Assembly: GCF_000009705.1 (NCBI RefSeq)
Contig: NC_003272.1
Location: forward strand, 2,310,001-2,342,000
DNA length: 32,000 nucleotides
Source: Nostoc sp. PCC 7120 = FACHB-418
GTDB lineage: Bacteria > Cyanobacteriota > Cyanobacteriia > Cyanobacteriales > Nostocaceae
Direction of reading: 5' to 3'
Positions 22,546-31,549 of this stretch are shown here, piece by piece. The position numbers were made by a program, and so were the translations under genes. Positions within the stretch are counted from its first letter, which is position 1; each line of letters begins with the position of its first letter. The notes below the pieces were generated by a model. The model was not told where the DNA came from and ran no database searches. It saw nothing but the letters and a program-made list of their open reading frames with translations.

Positions 22546-23706
22546 TTAAACATCAACACTACGACCCTTTTGCGGAAACATCCCCCCAGGCTTCCACTGC
22601 AAAAAGACAATAATCAACACAAATACCAACACCTTAGCCATACTTGTGGTAGCAAAAAATGTCAATAAATCCGCTAGAGGCTTCACAGGAGAAAATAACA
22701 AAGCTAAAGTCCCAGAACCAATCAAAAAGTTAGCTGTCCCAATTCCCAGAGCAGCGACAATAGTACCAGCTAAATTACCCACACCACCAACCACCACCAC
22801 CATAAATGTGTCGATAATATAGTTTTGTCCCGTATTCGGCCCTACAGAACCGAGCAAACTTATTGCACACCCAGCCACACCCGCTAAACCAGAACCCAAA
22901 GCAAAAGTAATCGCATCAACCTTTTCGGTGGGGATACCTAAACAAGCGCTCATACTCCGGTTTTGTGTTACCGCCCTAATTCTTAATCCCCAGCTTGAAC
23001 GCTGTAAAAATAGATAAATACCACCCACACAAATTATTGTCAAAACAATAATAAATAATCGGGCGAATGGTAATTGCACACCACCTAAAGATATGCCAGT
23101 TTGTAACCAACTAGGCGCAGTTACATCGACATTTTGCGCGCCAAACCAAGGTTGAGTTACTGCTAGTTGATAAGTTTGAGTTAATACGTTACCAGTGGTG
23201 ATTGTTACCCCCAAAGATAGCAAGAAAATCACCGCCACAACCCAGTTACGAATCCTCTCTAAATTGGCGCGGGAATTTAAAATCCATAAACCTCCAAAAA
23301 ACAAGAGAGAAAACAAACCCAAGCCAATTATTAACACCCAATTTACACTACGGACAAACTGCTGAAAAATTAAACTAACGCCCCAAGTTGCTAGTAAAGT
23401 TTCTAGAGGTCGTCCATAGAGATAACGAATCACACCTCTTTCAAGAATTAATCCAATAAATGCGGTGAAAACGAAAGCAATAATTAACGCCAAAAATATA
23501 TAAATCTCAAACCAAAACCCACCTAATTGTTTACAGCCATTCTGCACAACAAATGTTGCATAAGCCCCAAACATCATCAATTCGCCATGCGCCATATTAA
23601 TCACACCCATCAAGCCAAAAATAATGGCTAATCCCAAGGCAGCAATTAATAACACAGAACCGATGCTAATACCATTAAATACAGCATCTAAAAAACCTGT
23701 TAACAT
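22546..23706 (-). CDS. urtB: Urea ABC transporter permease UrtB
   Basis: A polytopic LivH-like permease with the extended length (386 aa) typical of UrtB. It follows urtA. Confidence 0.82.
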   Translation of the reverse strand: MLTGFLDAVFNGISIGSVLLIAALGLAIIFGLMGVINMAHGELMMFGAYATFVVQNGCKQLGGFWFEIYIFLALIIAFVFTAFIGLILERGVIRYLYGRPLETLLATWGVSLIFQQFVRSVNWVLIIGLGLFSLLFFGGLWILNSRANLERIRNWVVAVIFLLSLGVTITTGNVLTQTYQLAVTQPWFGAQNVDVTAPSWLQTGISLGGVQLPFARLFIIVLTIICVGGIYLFLQRSSWGLRIRAVTQNRSMSACLGIPTEKVDAITFALGSGLAGVAGCAISLLGSVGPNTGQNYIIDTFMVVVVGGVGNLAGTIVAALGIGTANFLIGSGTLALLFSPVKPLADLLTFFATTSMAKVLVFVLIIVFLQWKPGGMFPQKGRSVDV

Positions 23707-23729
23707 TATTTTTCACCAAAAGCTATCAT

Positions 23730-23764
23730 CGTAATTCGTAATTCATAATTAATTACGAATTACG
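23730..23764 (-). promoter_or_regulatory. 14-bp perfect hairpin built from heptamer repeats in the urtA-urtB spacer
   Basis: CGTAATTCGTAATT (23730-23743) / AATTACGAATTACG (23751-23764), with the 7-nt loop cataatt. Confidence 0.7.
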
Positions 23765-23776
23765 AATTATTTTGAA

Positions 23777-25093
23777 TTAGGCCTTTTTATATTTTTCGCC
23801 CTTCCCTGGGTCTGACCAATCACAAGCAAATCCCTTAGTTTCTTTCACAAATTGATTCCAAGGAACTGGTTCAACTGGTGCAGGTGTAGCATAGATAATA
23901 TCAAACAAACCATCATCTCTAACTTCACCAATCCGCACAATTTTAGATATGTGGTGATTAGTATTGACTGTCACTTTACCTTCAGGTGCATCTATGGTTT
24001 GACCATAAGCCGCCGCCCGCACTTTTGCTAAATCAGGACTACCTGCTTTTTCTACTGATTGCTTCCACAAATACACAGCGATATATGCAGCTTCCATCGG
24101 GTCATTTGTCACCCGGTCTGCACCATATTCTTTTTTAAAAGCTTCGACAAATTTCTTATTAGCAGGGGTATCTACTGTTTGGAAATAATTCCAAGCAGCG
24201 TAGTGGCCTTTTAAATACTCAACCCCAATTGCTTTAACTTCTTCTTCCGCAATACTTACCGACATAGAAGGATGTTTATCTGGTGTTAATCCAGCACCTT
24301 TTAACTGTTTGAAGAAAGCTACATTACTATCACCGTTCAAGGTGTTATAAATTACCCCGCCGTTAGGTAAAGCTTGCTTAATTTTGCTGATAATTGGTGT
24401 AACTTCCGTGTTACCTAATGGTAAATAATCTTCACCAACTGTTTTTCCACCTAAAGCTTCTAATTGGGCTTTGATAATAGTGTTAGCAGTCCGAGGGAAA
24501 ACGTAATCTGAGCCTACTAAAAAGAATTCTTTGCCCTTATTTTTTAACAACCAATCAACAGAAGGTTCAATTTGTTGATTTGGCGCTGCACCTGTGTAAA
24601 AAATGTTTTTAGAACACTCTTGACCTTCATACTGCACGGGATACCACAGCATATGGTCTTTACTTTCAAAGACTGGCTTAACATTTTTGCGGCTAGCTGA
24701 AGTCCAACAACCAAAAACTACAGCTACTTTATCTTGATCAATCAACTTGGTGGCTTTTTCTCTAAAAGTATCCCAGTTAGAAGCACCATCTTCAACAATG
24801 GCTTCAATTTGTTTACCTAAAACACCACCAGCCGCGTTAATTTCTTTGATAGCTAATTTCTCAGCATCCACAACGCTTTTTTCACTGATAGACATTGTGC
24901 CACTAAGGGAGTGCAGAATACCTATTTTGATCGTGTTACCACCACTAGCAGCCACAGGAGAAGCATTCCCAGAGGTGGCTGGACTGTTTGTAGCGTTTGG
25001 GGTGCTATTAGCGCAAGCCTTCAGCAAAATGCTGCTACCAATAGTTGCAGAGCCGTAAATTAAAAATCTGCGTCGGTTAATTCGTCTACTCAT
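23777..25093 (-). CDS. urtA: Urea ABC transporter substrate-binding protein UrtA
   Basis: [37 protein letters not shown]...[17 protein letters not shown]...YPVQYEGQE...GAAPNQQ is the UrtA/AmiC-type signature. The N-terminus carries RR ([12 protein letters not shown]) plus the lipobox-like LLKAC. Confidence 0.9.
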   Translation of the reverse strand: MSRRINRRRFLIYGSATIGSSILLKACANSTPNATNSPATSGNASPVAASGGNTIKIGILHSLSGTMSISEKSVVDAEKLAIKEINAAGGVLGKQIEAIVEDGASNWDTFREKATKLIDQDKVAVVFGCWTSASRKNVKPVFESKDHMLWYPVQYEGQECSKNIFYTGAAPNQQIEPSVDWLLKNKGKEFFLVGSDYVFPRTANTIIKAQLEALGGKTVGEDYLPLGNTEVTPIISKIKQALPNGGVIYNTLNGDSNVAFFKQLKGAGLTPDKHPSMSVSIAEEEVKAIGVEYLKGHYAAWNYFQTVDTPANKKFVEAFKKEYGADRVTNDPMEAAYIAVYLWKQSVEKAGSPDLAKVRAAAYGQTIDAPEGKVTVNTNHHISKIVRIGEVRDDGLFDIIYATPAPVEPVPWNQFVKETKGFACDWSDPGKGEKYKKA

Positions 25094-25194
25094 ATCTTGG
25101 TTAAATTTCCCCTTGATGAATCAGCTAGCTCCCTGAGAGTTCACAAGGTCAAGCTTTAGATTGTGATATTAGTTTGATATTTAACCATTGAATT

Positions 25195-25208
25195 GTTATT
25201 TTTGATAC
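25195..25208 (-). promoter_or_regulatory. Candidate NtcA-binding site GTT-N8-TAC, with -10 box TAATAT (25171-25166 on the - strand) upstream of urtA
   Basis: There is one mismatch to GTAN8TAC. The site centre to -10 spacing fits class II NtcA promoters (site at about -41.5 if the TSS is near 25160). Confidence 0.35.
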
Positions 25209-25693
25209 TAAATTCTAATTCCTTTAAATAAAAATTAATCTAATTAACTAAAATTCAGAGTGATATTTATAGCTGTGCAGATATTAAACGGTTGACCTAA
25301 CAGGTATCTGAACTAGCGCTCCTCTATATGTCGTAGATTTAGGGTTGGGGCGAGACAATTTTGTTACAAGTTAATCGTTTGTTTTGCCATCTCACATATC
25401 CAATCAAGCTCCTTCGACAAGCCAAGTAAAGACACTAGGACAGTCAAATTAACCGTATTCTGCCAATGCTGCTTGTTCGGCTACTTTACTGTGGACTAAT
25501 TCTCAGGATGCAACATCATCAGCTAATTCTTTAATCACGGACTCATTATTGACATCCAACAGATCAATGGTATCCTCCTGCTCAAGTCGCGGGAAAAACT
25601 ACTAAGCTGGTAAATAGCACATTATAAAAATTTCTGAATCGCATTCCATAGCTGGTTCGGACACCCCATTGGCTCAATAACTGTAACTAAGAT

Positions 25694-27166
25694 ATGTTTG
25701 ACGCATTAGCAGACCGTTTAGAATCCGCCTGGAAAAAGCTGCGCGGGCAAGATAAAATTTCTGAATCTAACATTCAAGATGCTTTGCGAGAAGTGCGCCG
25801 CGCCCTGTTGGAAGCAGATGTTAACCTCCAAGTAGTCAAAGATTTTATTAGCGAAGTTGAAGCCAAGGCGCAGGGAGCCGAAGTTATTAGCGGCGTGCGA
25901 CCTGACCAGCAGTTCATCAAGATTGTTTACGATGAGCTAGTACAGGTGATGGGGGAAGAGAATGTTCCCCTGGCGGAAGTGGAACAAAAGCCCACAATTG
26001 TTTTGATGGCTGGTTTACAAGGTACTGGTAAAACCACAGCCACCGCCAAATTAGCTTTACATTTACGGAAATTAGAACGCAGTTGCTTGTTGGTAGCCAC
26101 AGACGTATATCGTCCAGCCGCGATTGACCAGTTGCTCACATTAGGTAAACAAATTGACGTACCAGTATTTGAACTGGGAAGCGATGCAGACCCTGTAGAA
26201 ATTGCTCGTCAAGGTGTGGAACGTGCCAAAGCAGAGGGCGTGAACACGGTCATCATTGATACAGCAGGTCGTCTGCAAATTGACGAAGACATGATGGCGG
26301 AATTAGCCAGAATAAAAGAAACCGTCCAACCCCACGAAACGTTGCTGGTGGTGGATTCGATGACTGGTCAAGAAGCCGCCAACCTCACCCGCACCTTTCA
26401 TGAGCAAATAGGTATTACTGGGGCAATTCTCACCAAGATGGATGGTGATAGCCGTGGTGGTGCGGCGTTGTCGGTACGGCAAATTTCAGGAGCGCCGATT
26501 AAGTTTGTGGGTGTGGGGGAAAAAGTCGAAGCCCTACAACCCTTTTATCCAGACCGCATGGCTTCCCGAATTCTGGGTATGGGTGATGTGCTGACATTGG
26601 TAGAAAAAGCCCAGGAAGAGTTCGATTTAGCTGATGCTGAGAAAATGCAGGAGAAAATCCTGTCAGCGAAGTTTGACTTTACCGACTTTGTCAAGCAACT
26701 GCGGATGCTGAAAAATATGGGATCGCTGGGGGGTCTCCTCAAAATGATTCCGGGGATGGGTAAACTCTCAGATGATCAGCTAAAGCAGGGAGAAACCCAA
26801 CTCAAGCGGTGTGAAGCGATGATTAATTCCATGACAATGCAGGAACGCCGCGACCCTGATTTATTGGCAAGTTCGCCCAACCGACGGCGACGGATTGCGT
26901 CTGGCTCTGGTTATAAAGAAGCAGATGTGAATAAACTAGTGGCTGATTTCCAAAAAATGCGATCGCTCATGCAGCAAATGGGTCAAGGTAATTTCCCAGG
27001 AATGCCCGGAATGTTTGGCGGTGGCGGTGGTGGAATGGGTAATATGTTCGGTGGTGGTAGTAACCGTCCCGCAGCCCCTGGCTGGCGCGGCTACAATAGC
27101 GGCGGTGCAGGCACAAAGAAGAAAAAACCCAAAGACAAAAAGAAAAAAGGTTTTGGAAATCTGTAG
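25694..27166 (+). CDS. ffh: Signal recognition particle protein Ffh
   Basis: N/G domain motifs GLQGTGKTTATAKLA, DTAGRL and TKMDGDSRGGAALS, a Met-rich M domain, and a Gly/Met- and Lys-rich C-terminal tail. Confidence 0.95.
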   Translation: MFDALADRLESAWKKLRGQDKISESNIQDALREVRRALLEADVNLQVVKDFISEVEAKAQGAEVISGVRPDQQFIKIVYDELVQVMGEENVPLAEVEQKPTIVLMAGLQGTGKTTATAKLALHLRKLERSCLLVATDVYRPAAIDQLLTLGKQIDVPVFELGSDADPVEIARQGVERAKAEGVNTVIIDTAGRLQIDEDMMAELARIKETVQPHETLLVVDSMTGQEAANLTRTFHEQIGITGAILTKMDGDSRGGAALSVRQISGAPIKFVGVGEKVEALQPFYPDRMASRILGMGDVLTLVEKAQEEFDLADAEKMQEKILSAKFDFTDFVKQLRMLKNMGSLGGLLKMIPGMGKLSDDQLKQGETQLKRCEAMINSMTMQERRDPDLLASSPNRRRRIASGSGYKEADVNKLVADFQKMRSLMQQMGQGNFPGMPGMFGGGGGGMGNMFGGGSNRPAAPGWRGYNSGGAGTKKKKPKDKKKKGFGNL

Positions 27167-27335
27167 CCAACTGTCAAAGATTAGGGTTTTGACTATGGGC
27201 TATGGACTTTTGACTAATGACCAATAGCACTAAACCCTTAGCAAGTGTTAAAATTAGCATTTCAATAAAGGAAGTCTTGGATTTAAGATAGCCGCTTCCT
27301 TAATTACCTACAAACAGGAGAATGTTTCTTCAATC

Positions 27336-27596
27336 ATGATCAAACTGCGCTTGAAACGATTCGGTAAAAAGCGGGAAGCGAGCTACCGTATTGTCGCTAT
27401 GAATAACCTCTCTCGCCGCGACGGTCGCCCCTTGGAAGAGTTGGGATATTACAATCCTAGAACTGATGAAGTGCGATTGGATGTTCCTGGTATTGTCAAG
27501 CGACTACAGCAAGGCGCTCAACCTACTGACACGGTACGTCGCATCTTACAAAAACAAAATGTCTTTGAACAGGTCAGTGCAAAACCCGCATCATAG
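27336..27596 (+). CDS. rpsP: 30S ribosomal protein S16
   Basis: [23 protein letters not shown]...GYYNP is the canonical S16 N-terminus. It lies downstream of ffh, as in many bacteria. Confidence 0.95.
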   Translation: MIKLRLKRFGKKREASYRIVAMNNLSRRDGRPLEELGYYNPRTDEVRLDVPGIVKRLQQGAQPTDTVRRILQKQNVFEQVSAKPAS

Positions 27597-27993
27597 TCTT
27601 ACAGCTAACTCACTAACAGCTAGCCCCAATTACGTCGGGCTAGTCAAGTTCTTGATGCAGCCATTTTTAGAAGCTCCAGAGTCTTTAAGCGTCGATTGTG
27701 AAATTTCTCCCACCCTGAAACGGGCTTGGGTTCGCATCGCCTTTGAAAGTGTAGATAAAGGGAAAGTGTTTGGCCGAGGAGGTCGTAATATTCAGGCGAT
27801 TCGCACAGTGATTTCTGCTGCGGCAGAACTTGCTGGACAATCAGTTTACCTGGACATTTACGGCAGCACCACTCCAGGCCGAGAAGGAATGTTTGTTGAG
27901 GAAGACCAACAAGAACGCACGCCTCCGCCAATATCACGAGAAAGAAGCGGAAACGCCCCGCCGCGACCGGTTGTTAAACCACGCACCCGTTAG
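27559..27993 (+). CDS. KH-domain RNA-binding protein (YlqC/UPF0109-like) with basic Pro-rich C-terminal extension
   Basis: The KH core is [23 protein letters not shown]. The start is uncertain. ATG 27559 overlaps rpsP by 38 nt but retains the conserved N-terminal helix [15 protein letters not shown]. The track's 27466 start lies deep inside rpsP and is unlikely. Confidence 0.7.
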   Translation: MSLNRSVQNPHHSLTANSLTASPNYVGLVKFLMQPFLEAPESLSVDCEISPTLKRAWVRIAFESVDKGKVFGRGGRNIQAIRTVISAAAELAGQSVYLDIYGSTTPGREGMFVEEDQQERTPPPISRERSGNAPPRPVVKPRTR

Positions 27994-28272
27994 CGCCCCT
28001 ACACGGAATTCAAAATTCAAAAAGCTGATTTCAGCAAGCTTTTCACATATTTTGAATGGTTAATTGATTTAATCTGTGCTGTACTAGGTTAACAATAGAG
28101 AAGAAGCCTGAGCGGTTTTAGTTAACTCCGCTCAGAAACTTCGATAAACTGAGGAAGTGGTGAAAAGATGTCAGCATCTTTTTGCTGCTACCTAGAAAAT
28201 TTACCCACCGTATACAGTTAATGATGGTGATACACAACTGTGAAAATCTCTTCCAGGAGGTGAATCCAGGGA

Positions 28273-28449
28273 GTGGCTGAAGTCCGTTTGGGTGAGAATG
28301 AGTCTATTGACTCGGCAATTAGACGTTTTAAAAAGAAAATTCAAAAAGCCGGGATTTTATCAGAAGTTAAACGTCGGGAAAGATACGAAAAACCTAGCTT
28401 GCGCCGCAAGCGCAAAGCAGAAGCTGCGCGCAAGGGTGGCCGCTACTAA
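28273..28449 (+). CDS. rpsU: 30S ribosomal protein S21 (GTG start, absent from the ORF track)
   Basis: My own translation gives (M)[63 protein letters not shown] at 28255-28260 lies 12 nt upstream of GTG 28273. The listed ORF 28292-28480 is an out-of-frame shadow. Confidence 0.88.
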   Translation: MAEVRLGENESIDSAIRRFKKKIQKAGILSEVKRRERYEKPSLRRKRKAEAARKGGRY

Positions 28450-28808
28450 ATCAGAGGAAAGCCTTTGGTTAATGTGGTGAACTTAATATTCCTTGGGTGA
28501 ATTAAGGGTTTGTAGTGATTTTTTAGCTCAAACCTGGAAAAGTGGAGACGTTATTGCGTCTCTACTTGATAAATATTTAAATATAATTAAATATTCCATT
28601 ATTAACGAATAATAGAAACGAATTTTATCCCTGAATTTAGATAAAACCTTTGTGGAATCTAGGATTAAATAGATATTTATTATAGAATAGTATAAAAATA
28701 AACAGTTCTAAAATGAGATAAAAAAGCCATTAAAGCAAATCAAAAACAACTCACAACTGACACGCAAAGCGAGTCAAAATTGCTTCTTAATATATTACAA
28801 AAATACTT

Positions 28809-29762
28809 ATGGCAGATGCTTTCATAATTCAGCTGCCTAACATTCCCAGTGCGATCGCTCTTGCAGGTGATAGAGAAGAAAATTTCAAAATTCTCTCCCA
28901 GCAAACAGGAGCCACCTTAGTACTGCGTGGGCAAGAGTTACATATCTATGGTACAGAAACGCAAAGAGATTTAGCGACAAAATTAGTGCGATCGCTAGAA
29001 AGTATCTGGATTCAGGGCAACACTATCTCCAGTGCTGATATATTAACAGCTCGTCAAGCTGTAGATAATCACCGCGAATATGAACTACAAGAACTACAGC
29101 GAGATGTCCTAGCCAGAACCCGCCGGGGTGAAGAAGTCCGAGCTAAAACCTTCAGACAACGCCAATATATCGAAGCCATCCGCAAGCGTGACCTCACCTT
29201 CTGCATCGGCCCGGCGGGGACTGGTAAAACATATCTGGCCGTTGTCCTAGCCGTCCAAGCACTCCTCGCCAATCAGGTAGAAAAGCTGATTTTGACACGT
29301 CCGGCGGTAGAAGCTGGTGAAAGACTGGGGTTTTTACCAGGGGATTTGCAGCAGAAAATTAATCCCTATCTGCGTCCGCTTTACGATGCAATTTACGAAT
29401 TCATCGACCAAGAGAAAGTCCCCAATTTGATAGAACGGGGAATTATTGAAGTCGCACCCCTCGCCTATATGCGGGGACGCACCCTCAACCATGCTTTTGT
29501 GATTGTTGATGAAGCCCAAAATACCACACCCGCCCAAATGAAAATGGTTTTAACTCGTTTGGGTTTTCGTTCTCGCATGATAATTACAGGCGACATCACA
29601 CAAACTGATTTGCCAATAAATCAACAATCAGGTTTGACAGTGGCTTTACAAGTTCTTAAGCACGTTGAAGGTATTGCTGTTTGTGAATTTACCCAAAAAG
29701 ATGTTGTGCGTCATCCTCTAGTTCAGCGCATTGTCAGCGCCTATGAACAGTATGAAAAATAG
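28809..29762 (+). CDS. phoH: PhoH-family ATPase
   Basis: Walker A GPAGTGKTYLAV, Walker B FVIVDEAQN, and ITGDITQTDL, typical of PhoH-like proteins. Confidence 0.9.
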   Translation: MADAFIIQLPNIPSAIALAGDREENFKILSQQTGATLVLRGQELHIYGTETQRDLATKLVRSLESIWIQGNTISSADILTARQAVDNHREYELQELQRDVLARTRRGEEVRAKTFRQRQYIEAIRKRDLTFCIGPAGTGKTYLAVVLAVQALLANQVEKLILTRPAVEAGERLGFLPGDLQQKINPYLRPLYDAIYEFIDQEKVPNLIERGIIEVAPLAYMRGRTLNHAFVIVDEAQNTTPAQMKMVLTRLGFRSRMIITGDITQTDLPINQQSGLTVALQVLKHVEGIAVCEFTQKDVVRHPLVQRIVSAYEQYEK

Positions 29763-29789
29763 TCAATAGTCAATAATCATTACTAAGGA

Positions 29790-30206
29790 ATGGTAACGGG
29801 TATGAGTCATAGTCTGAAAGATTTTTTGGAAGCTTGCGAAACATTGGGAACTCTGCGGTTAATTGTTACTAGTAGCGCGGCTGTATTAGAAGCACGGGGA
29901 AAAATAGAAAAGCTATTCTATGCAGAATTAGCTAAGGGTAAATATGCCAATATGCACACTGAAGGCTTTGAATTTCACTTGAATATGGAAAAAATTACGC
30001 AAGTAAAGTTTGAAACTGGTGAAGCCAAAAGAGGCAATTTTACAACTTACGCTATCCGTTTTTTAGATGAGAAACAAGAGTCGGCTTTAAGCTTATTTTT
30101 GCAATGGGGTAAGCCTGGAGAATATGAACCAGGACAAGTAGAAGCTTGGCACGCTTTAAAAGAAAAGTACGGCGAGGTTTGGGAACCTTTGCCAGTACAA
30201 CTTTAG
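29790..30206 (+). CDS. ChuX/HutX-like heme-utilisation carrier family protein
   Basis: By eye it aligns with recalled HutX: TLRLIVTSSAAVLEARG / HLNMEKITQVKF / YAIRFLDEKQESALSLFL / EPGQVEAWHALKEKY. This is a recall-level assignment. Confidence 0.5.
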   Translation: MVTGMSHSLKDFLEACETLGTLRLIVTSSAAVLEARGKIEKLFYAELAKGKYANMHTEGFEFHLNMEKITQVKFETGEAKRGNFTTYAIRFLDEKQESALSLFLQWGKPGEYEPGQVEAWHALKEKYGEVWEPLPVQL

Positions 30207-31294
30207 TTGGATATAACAATATTATGGAATCTAGCGTCTTCTATGTTTTTATTTGGCCTTCCATAGGCGGCTGCAATTTCCAAAACTTGAATTTGGTTTA
30301 CTTGTGCAGGCACTTTAGTAAAATTAATAATGAGTTTATTCTTAACTTTTGGGATTAAAGTCGTCTTCACATATTTTTCTACATTTCCATCAATTTCAAC
30401 TGATTCAGCAAAGTAGGTAATACCATCTAAGTCTAGTATTCTGCTTCTCAGACCAGCAAAATTACCATACATAATCAGTCTTTGATCATCATTAAGAGTG
30501 TTGATTAATTGCAACTCGCATTTGATATTCTGATTTTTTCTTGCACACTTCTGTAAAGTAAATTCTAACCCATCTCTTTCAATAGTTGTAAAATTTTCTA
30601 TTGGTGATGCGGTGTTTAACTCAGGCTGTTTATTTGATATGGGATTGGAAGAGGATTTTAATAAAGAATCATCAGATTTTAGAGGAGATTCAGGATTTTT
30701 TAATACAGAACTTGATGAATTTATATCAGGTAAATTTTGACTACTTTTACTAAATGAGTTTTCGGAACATTGTATTTTTAAAAAACATCTCACTTCTGGT
30801 GTTGCAACAGCAATTATTAGCCCAGTAATAGTTAATAACAGGGTAACTATAGCATTAAATTTATTAAATGCTATCTTTTTACGGCGATGTTTTAAAACCT
30901 GGTCTTGAATGAGCCGCCAAAGTTTAACAATTTGCTCATTCTCCCTATCTCCATCCCAGCCTATAAGATTAGCAGATTGAATATCTAAAAATTCTCCAGG
31001 GATTTTTACTGGTTCTATCAAAACAGAAATCAATACCTTGCCATTTTTCTTGGCTTCCGCCGCTAAATTTGTCAACAAAGCTGATTTGACAGATGTATTA
31101 GACCATAAAACAATAACGAACTTATTCTTTTCTAAAGCCTTTGTTGTTTCACTTATGATTTGGCTGCCTATAGATATATTTTGTGCTTCCCAAATATCAA
31201 TACTGTAGTAATTTAAAGCATCTTTCAAAAGATTTGCTGTAGCTTGATTTGATTCAGAGTATAATAAACAAACTTCACTCTTGCGTGTGTTCAT
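30203..31294 (-). CDS. TIR-domain membrane protein (N-terminal TIR, one TM helix, C-terminal beta-rich domain)
   Basis: TIR_2-like layout: VCLLYSESNQ...DIWEAQNISIGSQI...KNKFVIVLWSNTSVKS...LAAEAKKNGKVLISVLIE. The TM helix is AIVTLLLTITGLIIAVA. A Ser-rich linker is followed by a ~130-aa C-terminal domain. Confidence 0.7.
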   Translation of the reverse strand: MNTRKSEVCLLYSESNQATANLLKDALNYYSIDIWEAQNISIGSQIISETTKALEKNKFVIVLWSNTSVKSALLTNLAAEAKKNGKVLISVLIEPVKIPGEFLDIQSANLIGWDGDRENEQIVKLWRLIQDQVLKHRRKKIAFNKFNAIVTLLLTITGLIIAVATPEVRCFLKIQCSENSFSKSSQNLPDINSSSSVLKNPESPLKSDDSLLKSSSNPISNKQPELNTASPIENFTTIERDGLEFTLQKCARKNQNIKCELQLINTLNDDQRLIMYGNFAGLRSRILDLDGITYFAESVEIDGNVEKYVKTTLIPKVKNKLIINFTKVPAQVNQIQVLEIAAAYGRPNKNIEDARFHNIVISN

Positions 31295-31549
31295 TCATTG
31301 ATTGTCCTTTTCAATATATTTTATTTTAATGGCGAATTAGTATAATAATCAGACTAGAAAATTATAGAGGTCTTTCAATGGAAAATCAATATTATAGTTA
31401 GCTGGGAAACTTATGGTGTTTGCCTAGCTGTCCATTATACCTTAACTGGGGATCTTATTTTTGTATGGTTGAGTGATCGCTTAACTAAAATAATTGCTAT
31501 GGATTAAATCTCTGATTAATAAAAAATCAATAATAAATAGATATAGATA

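Noticed and set aside
25440-25610. Stop-free stretch on the - strand (..LEQEDTIDLLDVNNESVIKELADDVAS*) in the 600-nt urtA-ffh spacer
   Set aside because: It has no start codon, spans only ~35 codons and has no recognisable family. It may be a gene remnant but cannot be supported.
25645-25675. GGTTCGG motif reminiscent of a tRNA T-arm
   Set aside because: The flanking bases do not form a T-stem or acceptor stem, so no cloverleaf can be drawn.
24747-27227. ORFs 24747-25058(+), 25927-26139(-), 26545-26742(-), 26967-27170(-), 27015-27227(+)
   Set aside because: They are embedded in urtA or ffh in alternative frames. The 26967-27227 pair derives from the Gly/Lys-rich repetitive ffh tail.
27644-28063. 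ORFs 27644-27937(-) and 27830-28063(+)
   Set aside because: They overlap the KH-domain gene, whose [11 protein letters not shown] motif fixes the true frame.
28292-28480. Listed 62-aa ORF
   Set aside because: It is an out-of-frame shadow of rpsU (28273-28449) with no recognisable motifs.
29069-30358. ORFs 29069-29272(-), 29334-29537(-), 30146-30358(+)
   Set aside because: They are shadows of phoH and of the TIR-domain gene, respectively.
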